Origin: a virus
Taxonomy: Duplodnaviria > Caudoviricetes
IMG/VR virus record: IMGVR_UViG_3300032250_000391
Span: 32,103-96,102 of that record
Direction: 5' to 3' (one strand)
DNA length: 64,000 nucleotides
Below are positions 19,272 through 28,353 of this stretch, piece after piece; positions within the stretch are counted from its first letter, which is position 1, and each line of letters starts with the position of its first letter. The notes under the pieces were generated by a model, which searched no databases, had not been told where the DNA came from, and worked only from the letters and a program-made list of their open reading frames with translations. The position numbers and the translations under genes were made by a program.

Positions 19272-20783
19272 TTGACTAAAAATATAACAATTGCTAATAA
19301 CGCCGTTACAGCGAAAGTCATGGACAACGACAAAGAGGCAAAATTTCTGGTTTCGTCCGCGCTTTCTTACAAAGTTTCTGGCTCAGAACACATGGATATG
19401 TTTAAAACAGGCTCATGGGACGGTCGCTCTTCCTTTTTTGATTGGAAAACTGCCACATTTCCAGCAGGCTTTGTGTCGCTCGTTCATGCCGCACTTCAAA
19501 AAGGCGGTTACACGGTTAATCGAGTTAGAAATCCTTTGCCTGCTCCGCTTGGAAAAGAAGAGTTCTGGGAAATTGATGACTTCGGTCTAGACCCGATGTA
19601 TGACTACCAGCCAGAAGTGGTTAATAAACTTCTAAAGTACGGTCAAATGATTGCACAGGTAGCAACGGGAGGCGGAAAATCACGAATTGCACGTCTTGCT
19701 TACGCCCGCATTAGACGCCCTACGCTTTTTATCACCACTCGCGGTGTTTTAATGTATCAAATGAAAGAAGCCGTCGAGGGTTACGGTTTTAAATGCGGAG
19801 TTATTGGTGACGGTACGCTTAGTGTAAGCCCTGAGTTTAATGTGGCGATGGTTCAAACAATCATTGCTCACATTAAAGCGCCTGATAGTTATGACTCCGT
19901 AGAAAAGCAAGCCGCTCAGGCAAAGCGCAGTGCTCGTATGATTAATTTCTTAGAGAAAATTGAGTTTATCATTCTAGAAGAAGCTCACGAGTCTAGCGGT
20001 AATAGTTACTACGACATCTTGCGCTATTGCAAGAACGCAAACTACCGTTTAGCACTTACAGCAACGCCATTTATGAAAGACGACGAAGAAGCAAACATGC
20101 GTCTTATGGGTTGCTCAGGACCAATCGGTATTGAAGTTTCTGAAAAGTTACTTATTGACCGTGGCATTTTGGCAAAGCCGTATTTCAAAGTCGTCAAGCT
20201 TACTCAGAAGCCAACTAAGCTGTACAAATCAACTCCCTGGCAAAAAGCCTACACTGTTGGCATAGTTAATAACGAATTTCGCAACGCTCACATTGTAAAA
20301 GAAGTTCAGATAGCCGCAAAAGTAGGTTTAACAACGATGATTCTTGTTCAGCAAACCAAGCACGGCGTAATACTTAACGAGATGCTTAAAGAAAAAGGCG
20401 TCATGTCCGATTACATTCACGGCGAGCACGACCAGTCAGAACGTAAAGAAGCTTTGCGTAAATTAGGCTGCGGAGAACTTTCAGTATTAATTGGAACGTC
20501 GATTCTAGATGTAGGCGTAGATGTTCCAGCCGTAGGCGTTATTATTTTAGCTGGTGGTGGAAAAGCCGAAGTAGCGCTTCGTCAACGTATTGGTCGAGGA
20601 CTAAGAAGAAAGAAAAAAGGAAAAAATGTTGCCTTAATAATTGATTTCTACGACGAACATAATAGCCATCTAAAAGACCACGCTAAAAACCGCATTAATA
20701 TTATTAAAAACACGCCGGGCTTTGGCGAAAATATAATGGAACCTAGCTTCTGTTTTTATAGAGATTTACTTTTAAAGAGGTGA
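19272..20783 (+). CDS. Superfamily 2 (DEAH) helicase
   Basis: ATGGGKS, EEAH, LTATP, GVDVP, QRIGRGLR. Confidence 0.9.
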   Translation: MTKNITIANNAVTAKVMDNDKEAKFLVSSALSYKVSGSEHMDMFKTGSWDGRSSFFDWKTATFPAGFVSLVHAALQKGGYTVNRVRNPLPAPLGKEEFWEIDDFGLDPMYDYQPEVVNKLLKYGQMIAQVATGGGKSRIARLAYARIRRPTLFITTRGVLMYQMKEAVEGYGFKCGVIGDGTLSVSPEFNVAMVQTIIAHIKAPDSYDSVEKQAAQAKRSARMINFLEKIEFIILEEAHESSGNSYYDILRYCKNANYRLALTATPFMKDDEEANMRLMGCSGPIGIEVSEKLLIDRGILAKPYFKVVKLTQKPTKLYKSTPWQKAYTVGIVNNEFRNAHIVKEVQIAAKVGLTTMILVQQTKHGVILNEMLKEKGVMSDYIHGEHDQSERKEALRKLGCGELSVLIGTSILDVGVDVPAVGVIILAGGGKAEVALRQRIGRGLRRKKKGKNVALIIDFYDEHNSHLKDHAKNRINIIKNTPGFGENIMEPSFCFYRDLLLKR

Positions 20784-20811
20784 TAGAATAGTCACTAGTA
20801 ACTTACTTTTA

Positions 20812-21054
20812 TTGGAGACCGTAATGCCATTCTCAGAACAATTTATTCAAAACATGGTAATTGTTATAGTCATAGCAGCCATTGCAATATTAATGACTCA
20901 GCCTTTAGCATTGTTTGGCATTCTTTTGCTAGGTCATCTTCCTCAAATTGAATACGAAGACCAAGAAGACGCCAGTTTAGTAGGCGAGCTTTTGCCAGGC
21001 GAGTATGACGGCGACGCAGTAGGATTCACTGGTAACATAAAAGATACCAAGTAA
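20812..21054 (+). CDS. Small membrane protein
   Basis: Hydrophobic N-terminal half, acidic tail; start may be at 20824. Confidence 0.5.
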   Translation: METVMPFSEQFIQNMVIVIVIAAIAILMTQPLALFGILLLGHLPQIEYEDQEDASLVGELLPGEYDGDAVGFTGNIKDTK

Positions 21055-21137
21055 AAACAAGCAATATAAGTAAATATGAAAGTATAATAAGCGAGTAAGT
21101 ATAATTTATTCGCTTTTACTTTTTATAGGCACAACAC

Positions 21138-21440
21138 ATGGAAAAATTCACGCTATCAATGGCGTTCAATACGACTGAACCACTAGAACAGGTCAACGAA
21201 ATATCACGTATTCATAATTGCGCACGCACCGACACCGTTATGACGCTTTTAGCGATGTATGACGCAGACGCCTTCAGCAAACAACTCCCCAAGACGATAG
21301 AGAAAAGAAAGCAAGAGAAGAAAATACTCATAGAGGAATCAAAGCGTAAGCGCAGAGAAACTCAAGAGCTTGCCGCATTGCTAAACAAGAATCCAGAACT
21401 TCTAGAACGCTTAAGAAAGGAGCTTGCCAATGACGACTAG
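21138..21440 (+). CDS. Hypothetical protein
   Basis: ORF overlapping the next gene. Confidence 0.55.
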   Translation: MEKFTLSMAFNTTEPLEQVNEISRIHNCARTDTVMTLLAMYDADAFSKQLPKTIEKRKQEKKILIEESKRKRRETQELAALLNKNPELLERLRKELANDD

Positions 21441-21759
21441 AAGATTTCCAACAACACCAAGAGACTTCGTTCAATGGTGCGTAGATAACGGTCATAGAAA
21501 CGTACTAACAGGCAAAGTACCACACGATATTAGAAACATTAAATCCATTGCCAATAGATACGGCTATGTCTGGAAAGATGACTTATTAAATCTGCCCACA
21601 AATATTCGAAGCACAGCAATGGCTATCGAAGAGATATCAGGCAAAACAAGTGAAGTCCCTGAGAAAACAGAAATCAAACCTACAGAATTAAAAGTAGTAA
21701 AAAAAGAAAAAGAACAACTACCTCCCGCAGTTCGAAGCGAAAATTGGGGAAGCTGGTAA
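21424..21759 (+). CDS. Hypothetical protein
   Basis: Ends in WGSW, like ORFs 36696..37157 and 45016..45639. Confidence 0.55.
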   Translation: MPMTTRRFPTTPRDFVQWCVDNGHRNVLTGKVPHDIRNIKSIANRYGYVWKDDLLNLPTNIRSTAMAIEEISGKTSEVPEKTEIKPTELKVVKKEKEQLPPAVRSENWGSW

Positions 21760-21839
21760 CGGCTTTTTATTTATTCATTATGATAAGTCATTTGTGATGT
21801 ATCTAACTGGCTTACAAATTTTAAGGCGCTTTACATTAA

Positions 21840-22073
21840 ATGAGAAAATCTAGAACTACTATCAGAGGACCAAGAATGACCAAATTAGAAAAAATTGTGC
21901 AGTATCTACACATGCTTCCAAAGCCAGTAAGATACTTCTTTTACTTGCTGTATTCGTTTGCAGCCTTAACGCTTTTCATGGTGGCTCTACCATTCGTCAT
22001 CATCGGTATCTTTAGCGCCTATCTATACTGCTTTGTTGCTGACCAATTTGAATCAATGAATTTCCCAAAGTAA
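21840..22073 (+). CDS. Small membrane protein
   Basis: Long hydrophobic stretch. Confidence 0.45.
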   Translation: MRKSRTTIRGPRMTKLEKIVQYLHMLPKPVRYFFYLLYSFAALTLFMVALPFVIIGIFSAYLYCFVADQFESMNFPK

Positions 22074-22098
22074 CTCTATTGGGCTTTAAGGAATGTAA

Positions 22099-22344
22099 AT
22101 GACTAAAGACGAAGCGTTAAAGATGGCTATTGATTATCTTCATGGAAATTACGTCGCTCATAGCGTAAGAAAAGTATCTCAAGGAGCATTAGTAGAACCA
22201 ATCAACGAAAATGGTCACTCTAAAGACGAAGCATTAAAGCTTGCACTGAATTTATTAGAATCAATGAAGACCGGAGCAGAAACATTTAGAGAATCCAGTC
22301 TCTGTACAGTTTGTAGTGCCATAGAAGAAGCATTAGAGCAGTAA
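22099..22344 (+). CDS. Hypothetical protein with duplicated KDEALK motif
   Basis: AAGGA RBS; internal repeat. Confidence 0.5.
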   Translation: MTKDEALKMAIDYLHGNYVAHSVRKVSQGALVEPINENGHSKDEALKLALNLLESMKTGAETFRESSLCTVCSAIEEALEQ

Positions 22345-22561
22345 CATAGTTCTACATATAAGCGTTTATTGCATGTATCACTTTTTTTGGATTTAATTGC
22401 GTATATAGAATGTATATACCTACTCATGTGTGCATTGGTCACCTATATAAGCGTTTATTACCGCTAGGTTTCTGTGGCTGTATAAGGGTCACTTTATTTA
22501 GCTAGGAAATTAGGCGCCTACCCCACCCTGTGCGGTCGCCCCTCCCTAAGAGTGACCGCTT

Positions 22562-22594
22562 GCTAAACAGTATAAACTATTTATACTGTTTAGC
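22562..22594. terminator. Inverted repeat where the two transcription directions converge
   Basis: GCTAAACAGTATAAA-CTA-TTTATACTGTTTAGC, a 15-bp stem. Confidence 0.55.
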
Positions 22595-22609
22595 GATACT
22601 GCTTAAAAT

Positions 22610-23191
22610 TTAAGCAAAATGCACAATTTTAGCAAGACGGTCGCGCGTCGCGATATCTTTAAAAGCTTGTAATTTTGCTTTGTTGTCATAAGTGATTAAG
22701 TTAGCGTATTGTAGCATTTTGCGAGTGCTAGACGCTTGAGTGCTAGACGTCGAAGTCGCGATATGTAATTGATTTTTACGCAAGCTTAAGTCGCTATCAT
22801 TAAGCGCAATAGCTTTGCTCATACCTTTTTGTATTTGCTCATTAGTCGCGCTATCTTTAAGCAATAACATCGATGTGATGTAATTGCGCGTATATCTATC
22901 AAGTGAGTCGATATTTTGAGATAACGTTTTTAAAAGCTTGAAATACTTGATAATTGCTTTTTGAGCAAAATAGTTTGTATTATTGTCATCTGTGATTGCG
23001 ATGATTGACGCGATTGAATTAAAATCAATTTTTTCGTTATGCATAACAGTCGCAAGATGCACTGTAAATAATGATTGAGCTTGTTTTAATTCTTTAGTCA
23101 TATTATCGTTTTTAGATTGTGCGATGCGTGAATCTAAAGAGTTATTGATAGCGTTGAAAATTGAGTTAATAGCTGATTGTGTTTTAGTCAT
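22610..23191 (-). CDS. Putative winged-helix regulator in a GG/CC-depleted island
   Basis: 193 aa with no Pro, no Trp and one Gly; motif similarity to 35497..36273. Confidence 0.7.
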   Translation of the reverse strand: MTKTQSAINSIFNAINNSLDSRIAQSKNDNMTKELKQAQSLFTVHLATVMHNEKIDFNSIASIIAITDDNNTNYFAQKAIIKYFKLLKTLSQNIDSLDRYTRNYITSMLLLKDSATNEQIQKGMSKAIALNDSDLSLRKNQLHIATSTSSTQASSTRKMLQYANLITYDNKAKLQAFKDIATRDRLAKIVHFA

Positions 23192-23246
23192 TTTAAATCT
23201 ACCTTGTAATTAATTAATAAAAGTGTTGTTGTGTACAACAGTTATA

Positions 23247-23276
23247 ACTATACGCTCATTTAAAAAAATGTAAATA
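23247..23276 (-). promoter_or_regulatory. Sigma70-like promoter for 22610..23191
   Basis: TTTACA-N16-TATAGT with AT-rich upstream DNA; no GCC box. Confidence 0.5.
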
Positions 23277-23350
23277 CTTTTAAGCATAAAAACACTAAAA
23301 AAAATAAAAATAAATTGCTTGACATGGTTTAAATTCTATGCGGCAAAATA

Positions 23351-23440
23351 CGCTTAGGCAGTGCGGATGAGGAGTGTCCGCGTTTAGGCGTTGGATGAGG
23401 ACGATTCGCGTTTAGGCACTCAAATGAGAATCGTCCGCAT
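23351..23440 (+). repeat. Three degenerate ~27-bp tandem repeats
   Basis: CGC(GT)TTAGGC...ATGAG(G/A)A units. Confidence 0.6.
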
Positions 23441-23489
23441 CGGCGGTAGGCATCAGCTGCCTACAAAAGCCTAGGCGGCTTTCAAGGAC

Positions 23490-23672
23490 GCTACCCGTAC
23501 CTATAGGTCACCAGCTACCCTCACCTGTAGGTCACCAGCTGCCCATACATCCTTGGCAGTAGGAATAGATTGCTACCCATACGTCATTACACACCCATAC
23601 ACCAAGGACTGGCTGGCTACCCGCACCTATGCCCATCTATCCATAAAACAGGCATCACATAGCTACCCGTAC
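23490..23672 (+). repeat. GCTACCC(A/G)TAC repeat cluster, first three at 24-bp period
   Basis: Copies at 23490, 23514, 23538, ~23572, ~23616, ~23662. Confidence 0.7.
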
Positions 23673-23781
23673 ACTCTACGGCTGGTTTTAGTGAGTAAGT
23701 GATACAAAGACCTAGGAAAAGTAAATGAACGCGTTCTAGGGCTATTACTGCAAGCCCTAGAGTATTAAATAACAGCCCTAC

Positions 23782-24027
23782 TTAAGCGAAGTGTAAGTCT
23801 GCGTAAGACCAATCGTCATAGCGTTGGCGATGTACTTTCTTGCTATTGAGGAATTTATCTGTATCGCATGCCCAATCATAGTCGTCCTCTTCAACATCAA
23901 GAATTGGCACTGCTTTAGCAATTTTAGGTTCTACTGCAAGAAAATCTACGTAGATAACGCTAGGCGGCTCTGCTAGATACTCCACTTCAACACCGTAGTT
24001 ATTGGACTCGTTTAACTCTTGATTCAT
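23782..24027 (-). CDS. Hypothetical acidic protein
   Basis: AGGAG RBS; GCC-box promoter upstream. Confidence 0.55.
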   Translation of the reverse strand: MNQELNESNNYGVEVEYLAEPPSVIYVDFLAVEPKIAKAVPILDVEEDDYDWACDTDKFLNSKKVHRQRYDDWSYADLHFA

Positions 24028-24259
24028 GATACTGCTCCTAGTAAGTGATTAAATATGTAGTGATTTGCTACAACTTCATTGTAAGCACTCAGTTTAGGCG
24101 CGTGGATGGCACTACTTAGGCAGAGTAAAAGCGATAGATAAAGGCTTAGGCGTTTAAGAATTGCGGATTGATTCCATGGCCTGCGGATGACATTAGATAG
24201 CCTTGGCCGAGAGCCTGTGGCCTAAAAGGGAGAACCCTTTGGCCTGATACTGAAATAGC

Positions 24260-24409
24260 CTAGTTACTAATGCAGGCTCTAGTGATGATTGCCGTGCCTA
24301 GAATTACCATCATGAGCCAAAGCCAGCCTACGCCATTCTCTAGCAACTGTGAAACGCCAATGGTTAGAATAATGCCGCCTAGAACGGTTAAGGAATTGTT
24401 GTAGTTCAT
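24260..24409 (-). CDS. 49-aa membrane peptide
   Basis: MNYNNSLTVLGGIILTIGVSQLLENGVGWLWLMMVILGTAIITRACISN; AGGAG RBS. Confidence 0.55.
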   Translation of the reverse strand: MNYNNSLTVLGGIILTIGVSQLLENGVGWLWLMMVILGTAIITRACISN

Positions 24410-24501
24410 AGTATTACTCCTAAATAAACACCCAAGAAAATTGTTAAGTAAACGCCAATCATTAGTAAGGCGGCGCCATCGGTAAAATATCTGTTTCTCA
24501 T
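24406..24501 (-). CDS. 31-aa membrane peptide
   Basis: MRNRYFTDGAALLMIGVYLTIFLGVYLGVIL; AGGAGG RBS; ATGA overlap with the next gene. Confidence 0.55.
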   Translation of the reverse strand: MRNRYFTDGAALLMIGVYLTIFLGVYLGVIL

Positions 24502-24745
24502 TTTTCCTCCTAAGTCAGTAGTGACTTATCAATTAAAATAAAACTTTGGACATCACACGCTCATGAAATTTTCTTTCCCTACGTGTTCTGATTGCATGCT
24601 CAATAAGAGAGGCAATGCCAAGAAATCCGCATAAGCCTGTAATAAATACTAAAATTAAAATTAAGTTTTCCATCTTGTTTCTCCTTTTGTTTGTTTAACC
24701 ACAATTTCATTATATAGAGCGATGTCAGGCACGAGAACAGGCAGT

Positions 24746-24868
24746 TTAATTAAAAAGCAAGTAGCCTACGAAGTACAAAACAATCAAGGTAGGCAAAGAT
24801 ACGACGATAACGTTAATTAGGGTGAAAATGGCGGTAAATAAATTGCCAACTTTGTCAAAAATATTCAA
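24746..24868 (-). CDS. 40-aa membrane peptide (TTG start)
   Basis: MNIFDKVGNLFTAIFTLINVIVVSLPTLIVLYFVGYLLFN; AGGAG RBS. Confidence 0.45.
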   Translation of the reverse strand: MNIFDKVGNLFTAIFTLINVIVVSLPTLIVLYFVGYLLFN

Positions 24869-25128
24869 TACATACTCCTATAGTCGTTTAACTGATGCTT
24901 CATTATATCGACAAAATTCAGGGAATTATCTTGGCAAAAAACACTGCCAAATGCCTAGGCAACTTTTAAGGCATTTTCATTCTTACTTTCCTATAGGCAA
25001 CACCTTCAATTCCTAAGCCTGGCTTCATTCTTAAAAAACGCCTAATCTCTCACATAGGAGCTACCCATACAATTTTGTCACCACTCAGCCTAATATTTAT
25101 TTCATGGAAGCTAGCCGTACATCATTGA

Positions 25129-25296
25129 CTAGCCATACACGTCCATCTCCGTCTCCTCTTCCTCTTCAATTTCCTCAAGATAGTCAGGCTTATACTTGTC
25201 TTTGCGAATGTAAGTCTCCTTAAGCCGTAAGTCTTCCTCTACTCGCATACGGTATTTAGGCGTTCTTAAATCTTTGTGTATAAGTGACTGCTTCAT
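25129..25296 (-). CDS. ArfA-like small protein, probably leaderless
   Basis: MKQSLIHKDLRTPKYRMRVEEDLRLKETYIRKDKYKPDYLEEIEEEEETEMDVYG; TATACT 6 nt before ATG, no SD. Confidence 0.55.
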   Translation of the reverse strand: MKQSLIHKDLRTPKYRMRVEEDLRLKETYIRKDKYKPDYLEEIEEEEETEMDVYG

Positions 25297-25897
25297 GTGT
25301 TTAGTATAGAAAAGAAAGTTAGGGCAAGCTACAGGCGGAATAATGGCTAATGAATATATTGAGTTAATTGTTTTTAAACAAATAGAGGCTTCTGGGAGAG
25401 GAAACCTAAAACTGAAAGATAAGCCCCCCCAAACCCCCCATGCCTATAGACACGTTGACCGAAGGGTTCAAGGTATGCCATCTAGCGTTCTATTAGTATC
25501 AATCCAAAAGCCTAGGCTTCTGTACAAGTCAAACCAACAAAACTGAAAGACAAGCCCCCAGAAAGAAAGAGAAAACTCCCTAGGCATTACATTTGGCTCT
25601 AATCAGGGCTTACACGTTGCCTGTGGCTCAATGGTTTAATGCTTCGGAAACCAAATCATGTTATTAGTATAAATATGGACTTTAGGTAAGTCAATAGTGA
25701 CTTATCAATTACCTAAAAATAGTTCACAACTGGTGCCATGGCAATGGCCTGCGATTACTGTCGCAGCCTAAGCCTGGTGGCCTGGCATTGGAATCTGAAA
25801 CTGGCTGTAGGTGGCCTGTAGTGTGTAAGTGAAAATCTAATTAGCCTAACGATTGAAGAGAGGTTCACTCCTCACCCCCAATCACTTACATATCTGC

Positions 25898-26281
25898 CTA
25901 ACCTTCTTCCTCTGTCCACTCTTTATATCTTAAGGCATCTATCTTGTTCACCATCCACATCAGTTCTTCTCTGAGGCTTTCAAACCGTTCTTTATTTTCC
26001 ATGTCAATTATTGGTCTTTCATTACTGCCTGGAAACTTATAAAGCTCAATCATATCTAGGAGAATATTCTTTAAAGTAAACTTTGCGCCTACAATAACTT
26101 GTTTGTATTCCTCATTATCAAAATGGCTGATGGCTTCTAACACTTCGTCCTCAGCCCATAGGCTTGAAATTGTGTAGCTAAATATGTTTTTGCCATCTAC
26201 AAAGTCCCTTTCTATCAGAACTCCTTCATCCTCAATGTAACGATAGGTGCCATTTTTAATTGTCTTTTTTCCACTTGCCAT
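25898..26281 (-). CDS. Hypothetical protein
   Basis: ORF with RBS in the early region. Confidence 0.6.
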   Translation of the reverse strand: MASGKKTIKNGTYRYIEDEGVLIERDFVDGKNIFSYTISSLWAEDEVLEAISHFDNEEYKQVIVGAKFTLKNILLDMIELYKFPGSNERPIIDMENKERFESLREELMWMVNKIDALRYKEWTEEEG

Positions 26282-26331
26282 TTATTGCCCTCTTTAGCCT
26301 ACGGTTTATTTATTGCCGTTGTTCTTTACTT

Positions 26332-26526
26332 TTAGTTTAGCCTTACGCCTTTTATTAAACTCAGCTCGTCATTCCTGTACTCAAGACGGCTTTCAGGATA
26401 TTCCCATTCCGAGTCCAAATCATCAATGACGATATTCCTACCGTGATTATAGACTTCAACTACTTTGCCTTTGATGTTTTGGTCTATTACTTCGACGATA
26501 TCGCCTAAGCTGAAAATATTGCTCAT
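26332..26526 (-). CDS. Small SH3/KOW-like protein
   Basis: FSLGDIVEV...GKVVEV pattern; AAGGAG RBS. Confidence 0.55.
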   Translation of the reverse strand: MSNIFSLGDIVEVIDQNIKGKVVEVYNHGRNIVIDDLDSEWEYPESRLEYRNDELSLIKGVRLN

Positions 26527-26600
26527 GCCATCTCCTTAATTAGTTTTGTTTCGATAGTTTATTATCACAGTTAATTTCAGGCGAGAGAACCGGCACTTAA

Positions 26601-26927
26601 CTACTGCCTAGCTACCGTTTCAAAGGCTTTATTGATGTCTTTTAAATTATCGTAAGTCCAAGCATCAATAAAATCTACGCCTTCGGGCAGTTCATTATAG
26701 GAAAAGTCCTCATCCGAAACGCAAATGCGCTCACAGGCGACGCCTTCGACATAATTGTTATACTCGTCCATTGAGCGAAAGACGTTGTAATAGCCATGCT
26801 TGTCCAAATAGACAAAGGCTATGGAATCCTTGTCCTCTACTGCCCTAGCAATTAAGAATTGTCCTACGCCGCAGTCCTCGCAATAAAGCCACTCGACTTT
26901 ATCGTCAAAGTCCTTGTATGTGTTCAT
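26601..26927 (-). CDS. Hypothetical protein
   Basis: ATGA-coupled ORF. Confidence 0.6.
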   Translation of the reverse strand: MNTYKDFDDKVEWLYCEDCGVGQFLIARAVEDKDSIAFVYLDKHGYYNVFRSMDEYNNYVEGVACERICVSDEDFSYNELPEGVDFIDAWTYDNLKDINKAFETVARQ

Positions 26928-27250
26928 GCTATCTCCTTTGGAATATCAACTTCGTGTCCTAACTTATTTGCGACGTAGCACCGCATGGCGGCTATTAGTG
27001 GACTTGAGCCACAGAAAAAATCAGGCGTGTTTATGCTATTTCCAAAGGCAGCACACCATTCTTGACCTTTCCATATCTGCATGCCTTCATGCTCAATAAT
27101 TGGACCGCCTTGTGCCCAATCTTCTGTAGGCACATAGTAATCTCCGTTTTCTAAAATAATTACTTGGTCTATTTCTACATTTAGGCTTTGACACTTTGCC
27201 ACAGCCCAATCAAGCGCCATGCCTGTTAGTTCTGATGTTTCAATTTTCAT
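26924..27250 (-). CDS. NinX/DUF2591-family phage protein
   Basis: ELTGMALDWAVA, PTEDWAQGGPIIE, PLIAAMRCYV. Confidence 0.75.
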   Translation of the reverse strand: MKIETSELTGMALDWAVAKCQSLNVEIDQVIILENGDYYVPTEDWAQGGPIIEHEGMQIWKGQEWCAAFGNSINTPDFFCGSSPLIAAMRCYVANKLGHEVDIPKEIA

Positions 27251-27251
27251 T

Positions 27252-27581
27252 TTACTTCTCCTTTAGATAATCTTGCATTGCCTCAAAATAATTGTTCGCA
27301 TCTTGCTCTAGGCTAAAAGTTAGCTTGTAGTCCAAAGCCTCGTACTGCACTTCACCGCTTGGCATTTCCTCATACTGAATTGCGATGTCTTGGCTGCTTT
27401 CCCAATACGGTGTGGCATAAACCACTTCCATGAACTCCTCTTCTGGCATTGGTCTGCACCAAAAGATTGAGCCTGTGTGTTCTTCGCTATCAATAGTCCA
27501 ACCATGTAGCGATTTTCTTTGCCTTAGTAACTCTTTGAGTAGGCTATCTATGTATACTTCCAAGTCCTCTTGTGTGTTCAT
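27252..27581 (-). CDS. Hypothetical protein
   Basis: AAGGAG RBS; first gene after a GCC-box promoter. Confidence 0.6.
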   Translation of the reverse strand: MNTQEDLEVYIDSLLKELLRQRKSLHGWTIDSEEHTGSIFWCRPMPEEEFMEVVYATPYWESSQDIAIQYEEMPSGEVQYEALDYKLTFSLEQDANNYFEAMQDYLKEK

Positions 27582-28036
27582 TTTCTCTCCTTTACTTGAT
27601 GCTTTTATTATCTCAAACAGACTTAGGGCGGTACACAGGCACTTGCTAGTTGCCTGACTTGATTTAAAGCGTTTTAAGCGTTTATTTTTTTAGCGTATAC
27701 CGTCATATAGACTAACTTAGGTGGACGAGCTGTAGCGTTAGGTAGAGCGGTTCCTAGAGCATACTTATCGCTTGATGCATACGCAAAAAAGTGCTTGCCC
27801 TAAGTTGTATAATGCCTATGAAACGCAAACACAATTTAGGCTTCGCAAGTCATTGATTTTATTGGACAAATAAAAAGGTAGGCAAAAAAATGCCTGAATA
27901 GACTCGGAGATGGCTAATTCAGGCTTATTTCGGGATTAAGGACTATAGCGTTTTACTGCTATATCTCATTATATACAGGGTTTTATTTATATTGCTAGGC
28001 AATGTGAATTTACGCTCCTAGGCAATGTATAGACGG

Positions 28037-28062
28037 AAAAAAGGCGGGGTCACAAGTCCCGC
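28037..28062 (-). terminator. Rho-independent terminator
   Basis: GGCGGG-N9-CCCGCC-TTTTTT. Confidence 0.7.
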
Positions 28063-28163
28063 CCTACTGCTTTTCCAACGGTAATCACTCCGTTATTTAC
28101 TTACAAGGTGGCAATTATACGATACCGCCAAAACGTTTTATTATTGTATTCCAAAAAGTGTTT

Positions 28164-28343
28164 TTATTGCAAGCCACATGCCTCTAAAAATGTGCTTGTT
28201 TGGAATGCGTAGTTGTCCTGTCTAAGTGCATACGCCACCTGCAAGACTGCATTTTTGTAGGCTTCGAGTTGTTGCTCGTTTGTCGGTCTTGCCTGCTTAA
28301 CTTTTTCGGCTATTGCAATGTAGGTTTTTCTTGAAGCTGCCAT
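28164..28343 (-). CDS. Hypothetical protein
   Basis: Probable start MAASRK after AAGGAG. Confidence 0.55.
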   Translation of the reverse strand: MAASRKTYIAIAEKVKQARPTNEQQLEAYKNAVLQVAYALRQDNYAFQTSTFLEACGLQ

Positions 28344-28353
28344 AGTATTCTCC

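Noticed and set aside
22099-22344. Internal KDEALK duplication as a novel repeat protein
   Set aside because: Only two short copies; common in mosaic phage ORFs
22559-23325. Restriction-site avoidance or a simple foreign low-GC insert as the cause of the island
   Set aside because: Six-base palindromes and CG/GC steps are abundant; only GG/CC is missing
23351-23672. Possible CRISPR array
   Set aside because: Repeats are short, degenerate and abutting, with no unique spacers and no cas genes
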